Shown here one piece after another: positions 40,035 through 50,172 of a stretch of 64,000 nt of DNA (positions are counted from its first letter, which is position 1; each line of letters begins with the position of its first letter). A program made the position numbers and the translations under genes. This DNA comes from Thermoanaerobaculia bacterium (lineage in GTDB: Bacteria > Acidobacteriota > Thermoanaerobaculia > Gp7-AA8), in NCBI GenBank assembly GCA_036375135.1, contig DASUSL010000091.1:10947-74946 (forward strand), given 5' to 3'. Under the pieces are notes generated by a model, which did not search any database, was not told where the DNA came from, and saw nothing but the letters and a program-made list of their open reading frames with translations.

Positions 40035-40783
40035 CGGTCGTTGAAGAGATTCACGACCTCCGCGTGCAGCCGCTCCGCGTGCGGGAAGCCGCGCTCGAGC
40101 GGCGCGTAGTGGCGGCTGGCGAAGAGTCCCGCGTCGAAGATCGCGCGCACCAGCTCCTCGGCGCGTGCGACGCGGATGTTGAAGCGCCACGTGCAGAGCT
40201 CCGGCGGCATTTGGACTTCCAGCGGGATGATTTCCCGATAGATGGCGTTGAGCCGCGCCTTCACGTCGTCAGCCCGGTCTCGCTCTTTGAGAACGCGCTC
40301 GAGATACTCCGGTGGAGGAGAGGCAATCCTGCCTGTCCCGGACAGGCTGTATTGCCTGTCCTCCATCATCTGCGCGAAGCCGCCCTCGCCGAGGTCGACA
40401 TACTTTGCGTAGCCCGTACTGAAGAGCGTCACATCCGCATGTGGCGAAAGATCCGTCCCTTCGACGTCGGGCGGACAGAGGCACCGATCGTCGACGATCC
40501 TGAAGTCCTCGCGCGCGAGCTCCGCAAAGAACGCGTCCGCGTCGTAGACCGCCCCGTACGTCCGCACGAAGACCACGCCCGCGCAATGCGGCGCACGAGA
40601 AAGAATCTGCTCGCGCGACGGCTCCAGCGTGACGGGGTCGACGTCGACCAGCTCGTACGCGCGCCCCGCGGCGCGCAGCGTGGCCGGCACGATGTCGCAG
40701 ACGTTGGCGGGGAGGAGCCACACCCCGTCGTGTGAGGCCACGACGTCGTGCAGGATGGCCGCGGCGCGGTGAGCGTAGATCAT
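39971..40783 (-). CDS. short DegT/DnrJ/EryC1/StrS-family (PLP-dependent aminotransferase-like) protein
   Basis: LPANVCDIVPATLRAAGRAYELVDVDPVTLEP...FRIVDDRCL...FSTGYAKYVDLGEGG resembles the DegT core including the Lys-containing motif. Contains an in-frame F1 double palindrome (EDRQYSLSGTGRIASP). Confidence 0.45.
   Translation of the reverse strand: MIYAHRAAAILHDVVASHDGVWLLPANVCDIVPATLRAAGRAYELVDVDPVTLEPSREQILSRAPHCAGVVFVRTYGAVYDADAFFAELAREDFRIVDDRCLCPPDVEGTDLSPHADVTLFSTGYAKYVDLGEGGFAQMMEDRQYSLSGTGRIASPPPEYLERVLKERDRADDVKARLNAIYREIIPLEVQMPPELCTWRFNIRVARAEELVRAIFDAGLFASRHYAPLERGFPHAERLHAEVVNLFNDRYFDEEKATRAAELVRRHVTR
40312..40366. repeat. tandem double copy of the F1 palindromic element inside the DegT-like gene
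   Basis: GTGGAGGAGAGGCAATCCTGCCTGTCC CGGACAGGCTGTATTGCCTGTCCTCCAT. Confidence 0.85.
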
Positions 40784-42015
40784 CGCAGCCGCTCGAGCCG
40801 CTGCTGTTCGCGGGCGATGTTGTGCGCATCGACCGCGTCCGCGGTCATGTCGTCGCGCGTCGTGTAAGGCTCTTCGAAAGAGCGGAGGATGTCCGGCGCT
40901 TCCTCTTCGCGGATGCCGGCGTCGTAGCCAAGGAGGCGCATCTCGGGGAAGCAGGTCGCTTCGACGAAGCGGATCACGTCCCGCGGCAGCACGTCGCGAT
41001 ACGCTCCCACCGACTCACGCGAGACGCCCCGCCGCTCGCCGTGCGACGAGTTGCCACCCCACGACATGCTCTCCCCAATGTGGGGCGTGGCTTCAGCCCG
41101 CCCCTCGGGCGGGGTGGGGGGCACCGGGATAGGCGGGACCGGGGTGGGCGGCACCGGGATAGGCGGGACCGGGGTGGGCGGCACCGGGCCGGGCGGCACC
41201 GGGGTGGGCGGCACCGGGATGGCCGGCACCGGGCCGGACGGCACCGGGCCGGCCGGCACCGGGGTGGGCGGGCTGAAGCCGCGCCCCACATTGGCCAGCA
41301 GTCGTTGCAGTTCGGCCGCGGGGGCTTGCGTGAGGTCTTCGTAGCGCAGCCAGTGAAAACCCGCGCGTCCTTCGAGCTCGAGCGCGAAGGCGACGCTCTT
41401 GCGCCACTGCCGGATGTTGAAGAGCGTCGGCTTCAGCGCGCCGCCGAACTCCGGGCCGCGGCCGTGATTGAGCGACGCCAGCACGTCGCGCGGATCGCGC
41501 ACGATCAGCGCGCACGACACACCCGCGTCGAGAAACGCGGGGAGAAACTCCTCGCACGTCGTCTCCTTCGCCCCGGCCACCGGCGCGTCGCGGCGCGCCA
41601 GCCCGCGCCAGAGCGCGGTCATCATCGGCACGAACGGAGCGTCGGTGAGTGCGGCGTCCGTCTCCTCGCGCGTGAAGCGCGTGTACTGGCCGGAGTAGGT
41701 CTCCATCCGCGCGAAGAGCGCACGCGCGCGCTCGCGGTCCAGCGTGTAGTCGCGCAGGAACGCCGTGAAGTCGGCGGGCGTGTAGCGCGTTTCGCCGAAG
41801 AGGTGGCCGAGCGGGTAGCGCGCGTCTTCTTCGCCGAGCGTGCGCAGAAAGTCGCGCTTCGCCTCGACGAACAGCAGCGGCGCGGGCTGGGAAAGGATCG
41901 TCAGTGAAGGCTGTGCGTCGAGCAGCTTTTCGAGAAGCGTCGTTCCCGAGCGCTGCATGCCGGTGATGAACATCCGGCGCGAATGATAGGGCATGGTAGG
42001 ATGCGCGGCCCTCAT
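40780..42015 (-). CDS. sulfotransferase-domain protein carrying an in-frame Pro-rich pentapeptide repeat insertion
   Basis: [17 protein letters not shown] is the PAPS 5'-phosphosulfate-binding loop; an RDPRD region follows. A 73-aa insertion (GRGFSPP[TPVPx]n...[13 protein letters not shown]) is encoded by the composite repeat 41075-41294. The start may be an internal ATG (MPYHS, rc 41992-41994). Confidence 0.75.
   Translation of the reverse strand: MRAAHPTMPYHSRRMFITGMQRSGTTLLEKLLDAQPSLTILSQPAPLLFVEAKRDFLRTLGEEDARYPLGHLFGETRYTPADFTAFLRDYTLDRERARALFARMETYSGQYTRFTREETDAALTDAPFVPMMTALWRGLARRDAPVAGAKETTCEEFLPAFLDAGVSCALIVRDPRDVLASLNHGRGPEFGGALKPTLFNIRQWRKSVAFALELEGRAGFHWLRYEDLTQAPAAELQRLLANVGRGFSPPTPVPAGPVPSGPVPAIPVPPTPVPPGPVPPTPVPPIPVPPTPVPPIPVPPTPPEGRAEATPHIGESMSWGGNSSHGERRGVSRESVGAYRDVLPRDVIRFVEATCFPEMRLLGYDAGIREEEAPDILRSFEEPYTTRDDMTADAVDAHNIAREQQRLERLR
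41075..41294. mobile_element. composite MITE-like element: about 30-bp terminal inverted repeats containing the F2 GGCTTCAGCCC core, flanking ten 15-bp tandem repeats (GGCACCGGGGTGGGC)
   Basis: Left CCAATGTGGGGCGTGGCTTCAGCCCGCCCC; right GGGCGGGCTGAAGCCGCGCCCCACATTGG (one mismatch to the rc of the left arm). The internal 150 bp is 10 x 15 bp, read as PxVPx pentapeptides on the minus strand. Confidence 0.8.
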
Positions 42016-43714
42016 GACCGTCCTCGTCAGTCCGTATGGCGGCCGTCTCGTCGATCTCGTCGAGAGTCTCGAGCGTCAGGCACTGCTCGAAGCGGCAAAA
42101 CAACTCCCGTCGATCCAGATCTCGGAGCGCGCGCTGTGCGATCTCGAGCTCCTCGCCACCGGTGCGTTTTCGCCGCTGGACACGTTCCTCGGACGCGCCG
42201 ACTACGAGCGCGTGGTCGAGGAGATGCGTCTCGCCGACGGCACGCTCTTCCCGATCCCGGTGACGCTCCCGGTCGAGCCGTCGGAGGCGCTGCAGCTCGA
42301 CCGCGACATCGTGTTGCGCAGCTCGCGGAACGAGATCCTCGCCGTCATGACCGTCACGGAGATTTACGAGTGGGACCGCGCCGAGGCGGCGGCGCGCGTG
42401 TTCGGCACGACCGATCCCGCGCATCCCGTCGTGGCGGAGCTGGAACAGTGGGGGAGGGTCAACATCTCCGGTCCGCTGCGCGTGCTGAAGCTCCCCACGC
42501 CGCCCGACTTCGCGGCGCTGCGCCACACCCCCGCGGGCGTGCGCAGGATGCTCGAGGAGCGCGGCCGCGCGAACGTGGTCGCCTTCCAGACGCGCAACCC
42601 GCTGCATCGCGCGCATGAAGAGCTGACGCGCCGCGCGTACCAGTCGATCGACGGCGTGCTGCTGCTGCATCCGGTCGTCGGCATGACCAAGCCGGGCGAC
42701 GTCGATCACTTCACGCGCGTGCGCACGTACAAGGCGCTGGCGGAGAACTACTATCCGGCCGACCGCATCGTCCTGTCGCTGCTGCCGCTGGCCATGCGCA
42801 TGGCCGGCCCGCGCGAGGCGCTGTGGCACGCCATCATCCGGCGCAACCACGGCGCCAGTCACTTCATCGTCGGCCGCGATCACGCCAGTCCCGGCAGCGA
42901 CAGCCACGGGAAGCCGTTCTACGGTCCATACGACGCGCAGGAGCTGCTGGCGCGACATGCCGAGGAGATCGGCGTCACGCCGGTCGCGTTCAACGAGATG
43001 GTGTATCTCGTCGATGAGGATCGCTACGAAGAATCATCGCGCGTTCCGGGGAATGCACAGGTGCGCAAGCTCTCCGGCACGCAGGTGCGCGACGAGTATC
43101 TGAACCGCGGCACGCTGCTGCCGGCGTGGTTCACGCGGCCGGAGGTCGCGGCGATCCTGCAGGAGACGTATCGCCCGCGATCGCAGCAGGGCTTCTGCGT
43201 CTGGTTCACGGGCCTCAGCGGCGCAGGGAAGTCGACCATCGCCGAGGTGCTGGTGCGGCTGCTGATGGAGCGCGGGCGGCAGTCGACGCTGCTCGACGGC
43301 GACGTCGTCCGCACGCATCTCTCCAAAGGCCTCGGCTTCTCGAAGGAAGACCGCGACACGAACATCACGCGCATCGGCTTCGTGGCCGCCGAGGTCGTGC
43401 GTCACGGCGGCGCGGCCATCTGCGCGGCGGTCAGTCCGTATCGCGCCACGCGCGACGCGGTGCGGGCCATGGTCGGACACGACCGCTTCCTGGAGATCTT
43501 CGTCGACACGCCGCTCGAGGTCTGCGAGGCGCGCGACGTCAAAGGTCTCTACGCGCAGGCGCGCGCCGGCACGGTCGCGCATTTCACCGGCATCAGCGAT
43601 CCGTACGAGGCACCGCTGTCGGCGGAGCTGATCGCGGACACGGTGCAGCGGTCGCCGGAAGAGAACGCGCGGATGATCGTCGAGCTACTGGCCGGCCGCG
43701 GTCTCGTGCACTGA
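42014..43714 (+). CDS. bifunctional sulfate adenylyltransferase / adenylylsulfate kinase (PAPS synthesis)
   Basis: N-terminal ATP sulfurylase ([30 protein letters not shown]) and C-terminal APS kinase ([12 protein letters not shown]-loop). Diverges from the sulfotransferase with overlapping start regions. The ORF also allows ATG 41993. Confidence 0.9.
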   Translation: MTVLVSPYGGRLVDLVESLERQALLEAAKQLPSIQISERALCDLELLATGAFSPLDTFLGRADYERVVEEMRLADGTLFPIPVTLPVEPSEALQLDRDIVLRSSRNEILAVMTVTEIYEWDRAEAAARVFGTTDPAHPVVAELEQWGRVNISGPLRVLKLPTPPDFAALRHTPAGVRRMLEERGRANVVAFQTRNPLHRAHEELTRRAYQSIDGVLLLHPVVGMTKPGDVDHFTRVRTYKALAENYYPADRIVLSLLPLAMRMAGPREALWHAIIRRNHGASHFIVGRDHASPGSDSHGKPFYGPYDAQELLARHAEEIGVTPVAFNEMVYLVDEDRYEESSRVPGNAQVRKLSGTQVRDEYLNRGTLLPAWFTRPEVAAILQETYRPRSQQGFCVWFTGLSGAGKSTIAEVLVRLLMERGRQSTLLDGDVVRTHLSKGLGFSKEDRDTNITRIGFVAAEVVRHGGAAICAAVSPYRATRDAVRAMVGHDRFLEIFVDTPLEVCEARDVKGLYAQARAGTVAHFTGISDPYEAPLSAELIADTVQRSPEENARMIVELLAGRGLVH

Positions 43715-44406
43715 GTCGCGCCATCCCCAGATGAAGCGCGGCGCGTCCGGTCCGGTGTGGAACAGGAGATCGATGATGCTGACGCGGTGCTCGAACGGCG
43801 GGTGGAACTGCGGGTACTCGGGATAGCCGGCGTAGTCCTTCCACGTCAGCTCGATGCCCTGGGCCTCGAAGCCCTCCGGCTCGATGTAGCTTTTCGCGGC
43901 AGGGCCGGAGAGATACGCGCTCGCACCGGTCTCGCGCAGGATGGCCAGCAGCCGATCCTGCCGCCGCAGCTCCGGAGCCATGCCGCGCGAGTCGCCGAAG
44001 ATGGTGCGGATGCCGAGAAGCTCCGTGGCGATCGCGCGGATGAGATGCTGATTGAGATCCGACAGCAGACGCCACGGGCGCGCCAGGTAGATCTCCTCGA
44101 AGAACGGGCGATAGAGATCGAAAAACGGTGCGCGGCCGTAGGCCTCGCGGATGCGCCGCCAGTGCGTCGCGGCCCACGTGTCGGATGGAAGCTCGACGTC
44201 GCAGATGCGGCGGCGGAGGTCGGTGCCGACGGGGATGGTCAGCCACTCGGCGCCGTTGGCGGTCTTGATGCGGTTGCGGTTGCGCCAGTCCTGCCGCGTG
44301 TACTGCACGTCGTCGAGGAAGATCAGCTCGTCGACGTCATGGATAATGTCGAAATAGCCTTTCCACGGGAGATAGCCGGATTGAAGGATTGCGACGCGCT
44401 TGGCCA
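43685..44406 (-). CDS. WbqC-like family protein
   Basis: MAKRVAILQSGYLPWKGYFDIIHDVDELIFLDDVQYTRQDWRNRNRIKT matches the WbqC N-terminal signature. The longer ORF upstream is GC-artefact extension. Confidence 0.7.
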
Positions 44407-45344
44407 TGCAGGAGCAGAGTAGGAGTATAGCCACGCCGGACGTGTCGATCGTCGTCCCCGTGTACAACAGCCCCGACCTCGTCGCGCTCGTCGACCGCAT
44501 CGACGCCGCGTTCCGCGGCCGCGCCGAGTCGTACGAGGTGATCCTCGTCGACGACGCCTCGCCCGACGCGCGCATCTGGCCGCGACTGGAGACGCTGGCG
44601 CGCGAGCGCGCGCACGTGGCGGCCATTCAGTTGTCGCGCAACTTCGGACAGCAGGCGGCCACGCTGTGCGGACTGCGCGAGGCGCGCGGCGCCGTGGCCA
44701 TCACCATGGACGACGACCTGCAGCACGATCCGGCCGACATCCCGCTGCTGCTCGCCGCGCGCGGGCACGACATCGTCATCGGCGTGCTGGCCGGCAGGAA
44801 GCATCACTTCCTGCGCCGCGCCGCGAGCCGCGTCAAGAACGTCTTCGATCGCATCGTGATCGGCACGCCGAAGGGACTGCAGCTCAGCTCCTTCCGCCTG
44901 CTCAGCCGCACGGTCATCGACGGCGTGCTCTCCATGCGCACCGCGCGTCCGTTCCTCCCCGCGCTCCTGTTTCACGTGAGCAAGGACGCGACGGCGGTGC
45001 CGGTCACGCACAGCCGCCGCGCGGCGGGGCGCAGCGGCTACACGTTCTCGCGGCTCCTCGCGCTCTTCAGCAATCTGGTCATCAGTAACTCGTCGATCCT
45101 GCTGCGCGCGGGCGCGTACGCGGGCTTCACCTTCGCGTTCGTGAGCTTCGTGCTGGCGGCGATCGTCATCTACCGCAAGCTCGTGCACGGGCTGGCGGTG
45201 CAGGGATGGGCGTCGCTCTTCGCCGCGGTGATGCTGGTCGGAGGACTGATGCTCATCCAGCTCGGGATCATCGGCGAGTACCTGATCCGCATCATCGAGA
45301 CCGGCGAGGCGAAGCCCGCCTACATCGTGCGCCGCCGCTGCTGA
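44400..45344 (+). CDS. polyprenol-phosphate glycosyltransferase (GT2, ArnC/DPM1-like) with two C-terminal TM helices
   Basis: VSIVVPVYNSPDLVALVDRI, VILVDDASPD, QLSRNFGQQAATLCGL, then a DDDLQHDP catalytic region and C-terminal TM helices; ArnC/GtrB architecture. Confidence 0.8.
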   Translation: MAMQEQSRSIATPDVSIVVPVYNSPDLVALVDRIDAAFRGRAESYEVILVDDASPDARIWPRLETLARERAHVAAIQLSRNFGQQAATLCGLREARGAVAITMDDDLQHDPADIPLLLAARGHDIVIGVLAGRKHHFLRRAASRVKNVFDRIVIGTPKGLQLSSFRLLSRTVIDGVLSMRTARPFLPALLFHVSKDATAVPVTHSRRAAGRSGYTFSRLLALFSNLVISNSSILLRAGAYAGFTFAFVSFVLAAIVIYRKLVHGLAVQGWASLFAAVMLVGGLMLIQLGIIGEYLIRIIETGEAKPAYIVRRRC

Positions 45345-45480
45345 GGGGAACCGACGAAGAGGCCTCCGGCGGGCCGACGGGGCCGGCAGCGCCGGTTGCT
45401 CCGCCGAGAGCGTGCGTTCAGCGAAGCAACAAGCGCTGCCGGTCGCACCGGCCCGCCGGAGGCCTCCCGGTCGGTCTCCT

Positions 45481-46635
45481 TCAGAAGCTGCAGACCGCGT
45501 CGATGATGCGCGTCTGGTCCGCCTCGCTGAGCGTCGGATACAGGGGGAGGCGCACGACGCGATCGCTGACCGACTCCGCGACCGGGCAGTCGCCGGGGCG
45601 GCCGCCGAACCGCTCGCCCATCGCCGAGAGGTGCAGCGGCATGTAGTGGAAGATCGCCTGCACCGAGCGGCGGCGCAGATGGGCGATGAAGGCCTGCCGT
45701 TCGTCGAGCGACGGCAGGAGCAGGTGGAAGAGGTGCCAGGCCTGCGTGCAGTGCTCCGGCACGTGCGGCAATTGCACGCCGCGTTGCTGCGCCCAGTCGC
45801 GGATGCCGTCGAAGTAGCGCTCCCAGACGCGCTGGCGGGCGCGCTGGATCTTCTCGCGCGCCTCGAGCTGCGCGACGAGAAACGCGGCCAGCATGTCGGA
45901 GGCGACGTAGCTCGAGCCGAGGTCGAGCCACGTGTACTTGTCGACCTCACCGCGAAAGAAGCGGCTGCGGTCCGTCCCTTTCTCGCGGAGGATCTCGGCG
46001 CGCGCGATGAGCGACGGATCGTTGATCACCAGCGCGCCGCCCTCGCCGCAGGAGACGTTCTTCGTCTCGTGAAAGCTGAGCGTGCTCAGCGCGCCGAACG
46101 TGCCGAGGGGGCGGCCGCGGAACTGGCCGAAGAGACCGTGCGCGTTGTCTTCGATGACGTTGATGCGGTTGCGGCGCGCGATGTCGAGGATCGTGTCGAG
46201 CTCGCAGCCGACGCCGGCGTAATGCACGGGGACGATGGCGCGCGTGCGCGGCGTGATGAGCTGCGGCAGCAGGCGCTCGTCGAGGTTGAGCGTATCGGGA
46301 CGGATGTCGATGAACACCGGCCGCGCGCCGCGCAGTGCGAAGGCGCTGGCCGTGGAGACGAAGGTGAACGACGGGATGATCACCTCGTCGCCCGGCTGGA
46401 GATCGAGCAGCAGCGCGGACATCTCCAGCGCGTGCGTGCACGACGTCGTGAGGAGCACGCGCGCGCCGCCCAGGAGCTCGGACAGCATGCTCTCGCTGCG
46501 GCGCGTGTAGACGCCGTCGCCGGAGATGTGCCCCCGCTCGATGGCGTCGCGGACGTACGCCAGTTCCTGCCCGGCCAGCGACGGCCGGTTGAACGGAATG
46601 GCCGGCTCGATCACTGCGCGTTCGGCTTCTTTCAT
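45481..46635 (-). CDS. DegT/DnrJ/EryC1/StrS-family sugar aminotransferase (WecE/ArnB-like)
   Basis: IPFNRPSLAGQELAYVRDAIERGHISGDG...SCTHALEMSALLL...VIIPSFTFVSTA...FSFHETKNVSCGEGG...DKYTWLDLGSSY, colinear with dTDP-4-amino-4,6-dideoxygalactose transaminase. Start ATG rc 46633-46635. Confidence 0.85.
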   Translation of the reverse strand: MKEAERAVIEPAIPFNRPSLAGQELAYVRDAIERGHISGDGVYTRRSESMLSELLGGARVLLTTSCTHALEMSALLLDLQPGDEVIIPSFTFVSTASAFALRGARPVFIDIRPDTLNLDERLLPQLITPRTRAIVPVHYAGVGCELDTILDIARRNRINVIEDNAHGLFGQFRGRPLGTFGALSTLSFHETKNVSCGEGGALVINDPSLIARAEILREKGTDRSRFFRGEVDKYTWLDLGSSYVASDMLAAFLVAQLEAREKIQRARQRVWERYFDGIRDWAQQRGVQLPHVPEHCTQAWHLFHLLLPSLDERQAFIAHLRRRSVQAIFHYMPLHLSAMGERFGGRPGDCPVAESVSDRVVRLPLYPTLSEADQTRIIDAVCSF

Positions 46636-46667
46636 CACTCCTTCGACGATGCCAGAATACCGGAGCG

Positions 46668-47297
46668 ATGAGCCACCGAACCAGCGGTCTGTACAGATTT
46701 CTGGAGGTGCCCGCGCTCTACGAAGCCCTGCAGCGTCTCCTCGGCGCGGACGCCGCGCGGAAACGATTCGTCGCACGCTTTCTCCGTCCCGCGAGCGGCA
46801 TGCGCATCCTCGACATCGGCTGCGGTCCCGGCCCGATGCTCGACTATCTCCCCGCCGATGTCGCCTACACCGGCTACGACCTGAACGCGGCGTACATCGA
46901 GGCGGCGCGGCAGCGCTACGGCGCGCGGGCGCGCTTTCTCCACGCACGCGTCGGTGAGGAGCCGGCCGAGATCGAGGCGTCGAGCTTCGACCTCGTCATC
47001 GCCAAGGGGATCCTGCATCACCTGAACGACGACGAGGCGCATCAGCTCCTGCGCGCGGCATTCCGCTATCTCCGTCCGGGAGGCTTCTTCGTGTCGCTCG
47101 ACGGCGTGCGTCACGAGGGTCAGAAGATGCTGTCGCGATGGATCATCTCGCTCGATCGCGGGCGCGCCGTGCGCGATCCGGAGGGTTACGAGCGTCTCGC
47201 GCGCGCACACACGCCGGCGGTGGAAGGAGCACTGATCACCGACTGGCTGGCGGTGCCGTACAGCTACTACATCATGCGCGCGCAACGGACGCCGTGA
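46668..47297 (+). CDS. class I SAM-dependent methyltransferase
   Basis: ILDIGCGPGPM (motif I) and DLVIAKGILHHL. Confidence 0.75.
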   Translation: MSHRTSGLYRFLEVPALYEALQRLLGADAARKRFVARFLRPASGMRILDIGCGPGPMLDYLPADVAYTGYDLNAAYIEAARQRYGARARFLHARVGEEPAEIEASSFDLVIAKGILHHLNDDEAHQLLRAAFRYLRPGGFFVSLDGVRHEGQKMLSRWIISLDRGRAVRDPEGYERLARAHTPAVEGALITDWLAVPYSYYIMRAQRTP

Positions 47298-48114
47298 GCA
47301 GCAGGCTGGCGCCGAAGGGAATCGTCGCGCCGCGCTCGATGCGGCGGATCTCGAAGGCCAGCGACGTTTGCGCGAGCCCGCGCATTGCACCTCCGCCGGC
47401 GCGATGCTGCGCGCGCGAGCTGGCGCGTGCGACCTCGCGCGGCGAGAGACGCGAGCGCAGCGTGCGGCCGAGGAAGATCGCCGGCGGCAGCAGCGAGAAA
47501 AAGTACGTCGCGTAGTCGACGCGATAGCCGGCGGCGGTCACGGCGTCGCGCAGCGTGCGGCTCGTGTAGCGGCGCTTGTGTCCCGACGTGATGTCGTTGC
47601 GCGACCAGAGCCACGGATAGGCGGGGACCGTGAGATAGAGACGCCCGCCCGGCTGCAGATAACGCGCGAGGTCGCGCAGATAGCCGCGGTCATCCTCGAT
47701 GTGCTCGACAACGTCGAACAGGCCGATGCCTCCCGCCGTGGCTTCGCGGAACGCGGCGGAGGGAAGCGCGCCGCAGACCACCTCGCTCACGCCGCGCGAG
47801 ACGGCGTTCGCCGCGCCGGTGCGGCCCGGCTCGATGGCGATCGTGCGGATGCCGGCGCGCTGGAGCGAGGCGGTCACGTAGCCGTTGCCGGCCCCCACGT
47901 CGAAGATCGGCCCCGCGGCGGGCGGCCATCGCCGCACTGCCGCGGCGATCGCCGCGCTGCGATGCGCGAACCAGAACGACTCCTCCTCGAAGCTCAGGCA
48001 GTAGTCGTGAGCGTCGGCGGGGTAGGAAGCCGCGGCGTCGTTCGGCGCGACCCAGTAGCCCGCGGCGTCGCGTGCGAGTCCGGGTGCGATCTGCTGCAGC
48101 TCCATCCGGCGCAC
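47272..48114 (-). CDS. class I SAM-dependent methyltransferase
   Basis: IFDVGAGNGYVTASL (motif I), LFDVVEHIEDD and RLYLTVP. Confidence 0.75.
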   Translation of the reverse strand: MRRMELQQIAPGLARDAAGYWVAPNDAAASYPADAHDYCLSFEEESFWFAHRSAAIAAAVRRWPPAAGPIFDVGAGNGYVTASLQRAGIRTIAIEPGRTGAANAVSRGVSEVVCGALPSAAFREATAGGIGLFDVVEHIEDDRGYLRDLARYLQPGGRLYLTVPAYPWLWSRNDITSGHKRRYTSRTLRDAVTAAGYRVDYATYFFSLLPPAIFLGRTLRSRLSPREVARASSRAQHRAGGGAMRGLAQTSLAFEIRRIERGATIPFGASLLLTASVARA

Positions 48115-48176
48115 TTTAGAGCAAAAACAAAAAGCCCCGGCTTGCGCCGGGGCTTTCGTGATTCGCGGAACGGAAA

Positions 48177-49976
48177 TTACTTCTGCACGACGGGGAACGC
48201 ACCTTCGCGCTCGACTTCGTAGCCGAGGTAGCCCTTGCGGACGCCCTGGACGAGGTAGTCGAACTCGAGGTCCGTGCTGCCGTTGGCGACCTTGATGACC
48301 AGCTTCTCCGCCGACTTGCTGGCGACGTAGAGCTGTCCCGGCGCGCCGACCGGCGTGAGCTGCACGGTCATCCGCTCGTTCTCGGTGAGGCGGGAGAAGT
48401 AGCCCGGGAGCTCGATCACCACTTCGCCGTTGACCGTCTTCGCGGTGCCGCGGTAGTAGGTGCCGGCCTCGGGACCTTCGAGCGCGGTGTAGTAGAGCGC
48501 CTGGTTCTCGTTGGCAGGATCGACGACGGCGAAGTTCTTCACGCCGGAAACGGTGAAGTTGCCCGGAACCGTGATCGCGCCCGTCGAGGCGATCGTCATG
48601 CGGGCGGTGCTGTTCGTGCCGAGGATCAGCGGCGTCGAGCCCTGGGTACCGACGATCAGACCGTTGCCGCCGGCGTTGAGCATTTCGCTCCAGGCGCCGA
48701 GCGTCTGGCCGAAGCGCGAGATCGTGCGCCCCGTGCCGTGAGCGATCAGGCTGGTCACCGCCGTGTCGCCTTTGGCCTGCAGGACGCCCGCGGCCGAAAG
48801 ACCGGTCGAGTTCGTGTTCTGGACGAGCGTGATCGTGTTGGCGTCGTCCGACGCCTCGATGTTGAGCTTCGTGTCGGGGGAAGCGGTACCGACGCCGACG
48901 TCACCGTCGGCGCTGATGTCGATCGACGAGGTCGGGGCGCCCGGGCGGATGCGGAACGGCAGGCGCGAGCCGCTGGTCACGTCGCGGACGAAGAAGTTCG
49001 CCTCGTTGCCCGCGATGTCCCAGGTCTGGGCGGTGAAGCCGCCGGCGTTGGTCTGCTCGAGGCGGATGGCCGGGGTGTTGCTCGTCGAGACGTGGAGGTC
49101 GAGCACCGGGGTGGCGGTGCGGAAGCCGACGCGGCCCGTGCTGTCGACGAAGATCGAGTTCGTCGATGCGCCGGCGGTGATCGTCATCGGAACCTTGGCG
49201 CCGGTGATGTCCTCGATCGAGAAGCGGTTCGCGGTGCCGCCCGGCGGGTCGTTGGCGGTGAGCTGCCAGTCGTTGGACGGGAAGCTGCCCGTGGACGTGT
49301 CCTCGAACTTGATGCGCGTGCTGTTCTCTTTGAGGCGGATCGTGTCGAAGCCGAAGCTCTCGCCGTTGACGCAGTCGAAGCCGACGCAGAGGCTGCTCTG
49401 CACGATGAGGTCATCGGGGATGACCTGGTCGTTGACCGCAACCTTGCCGCCGCGCGGCGTCGTCGTGCCGCCGATGGTGGTCTCCTCTTCCTTCTGCGAA
49501 GAGGTCTCGGTCTGCATGCGCGCTTCGGTGGCCGACGGGTTGACGAACGTGCCGCCGCTGACGGTGATCGTGCCGGACGACACGTTGTCGGTCAGGCCGG
49601 CCTCGCGCATGATCTTGCGGGCGGCCGAGTCGTCGTTCGCCGCGCGGGCGTTCTCGAGCTTCTTGGCCACGGCGCCGGAGACGGTCGGGGCGACGCGGAT
49701 CTCCCACGTGTAGGCACCGTCTTCGATGTCGGAACCAAGATCGCTCAGACGGAGCGTGATCGGACGGTTGCCGTTGTAGGTCTTGGTGATGGTGTCGCCG
49801 TTCGGGAACGACAGCACGAGCTCCACGCTCTCATGCTGGCCGCTCGGATTCGGCCACTCGATCGTCGAGCTGCCGACCGACGGCTTACCGACGGCATTGC
49901 CGGCAAACGCGCTGAACGGAATGGCGAGGCAAACCACGATTGCGGCAATGCGAAGCATGGGGAACCGATAAATCAT
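48177..49976 (-). CDS. secreted tail-fibre-like repeat protein with a probable C-terminal intramolecular-chaperone (S74-like) domain
   Basis: Signal peptide MLRIAAIVVCLAIPFSAFA, Gly/Thr/Ser-rich beta-strand repeats, the GDVGVGTASPDTKLNI motif typical of tail-fibre-domain proteins, and a conserved-looking C-terminus. Confidence 0.5.
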   Translation of the reverse strand: MIYRFPMLRIAAIVVCLAIPFSAFAGNAVGKPSVGSSTIEWPNPSGQHESVELVLSFPNGDTITKTYNGNRPITLRLSDLGSDIEDGAYTWEIRVAPTVSGAVAKKLENARAANDDSAARKIMREAGLTDNVSSGTITVSGGTFVNPSATEARMQTETSSQKEEETTIGGTTTPRGGKVAVNDQVIPDDLIVQSSLCVGFDCVNGESFGFDTIRLKENSTRIKFEDTSTGSFPSNDWQLTANDPPGGTANRFSIEDITGAKVPMTITAGASTNSIFVDSTGRVGFRTATPVLDLHVSTSNTPAIRLEQTNAGGFTAQTWDIAGNEANFFVRDVTSGSRLPFRIRPGAPTSSIDISADGDVGVGTASPDTKLNIEASDDANTITLVQNTNSTGLSAAGVLQAKGDTAVTSLIAHGTGRTISRFGQTLGAWSEMLNAGGNGLIVGTQGSTPLILGTNSTARMTIASTGAITVPGNFTVSGVKNFAVVDPANENQALYYTALEGPEAGTYYRGTAKTVNGEVVIELPGYFSRLTENERMTVQLTPVGAPGQLYVASKSAEKLVIKVANGSTDLEFDYLVQGVRKGYLGYEVEREGAFPVVQK

Positions 49977-50172
49977 TTCTTCCTCCTGTTTGGACCAAAG
50001 CGTAGCCCCCGGGGTTACGCCGTCGTGCCCACGTTGCGTGAGGGCCTGCTCTCAGAATGTGGGCTTAGACGCGGATGAGTCACTATACGCTTACGCGGTG
50101 ACGAAAATCACGCGACGTTGTAATGCATGTAACCGGAAGTGGAATTGATTTACCGAAATTGACCGGCAGCGC

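Noticed and set aside
48177-49976. Prophage region
   Set aside because: Only one tail-fibre-like gene is present. There are no capsid, terminase, integrase or att-like repeats within the window.
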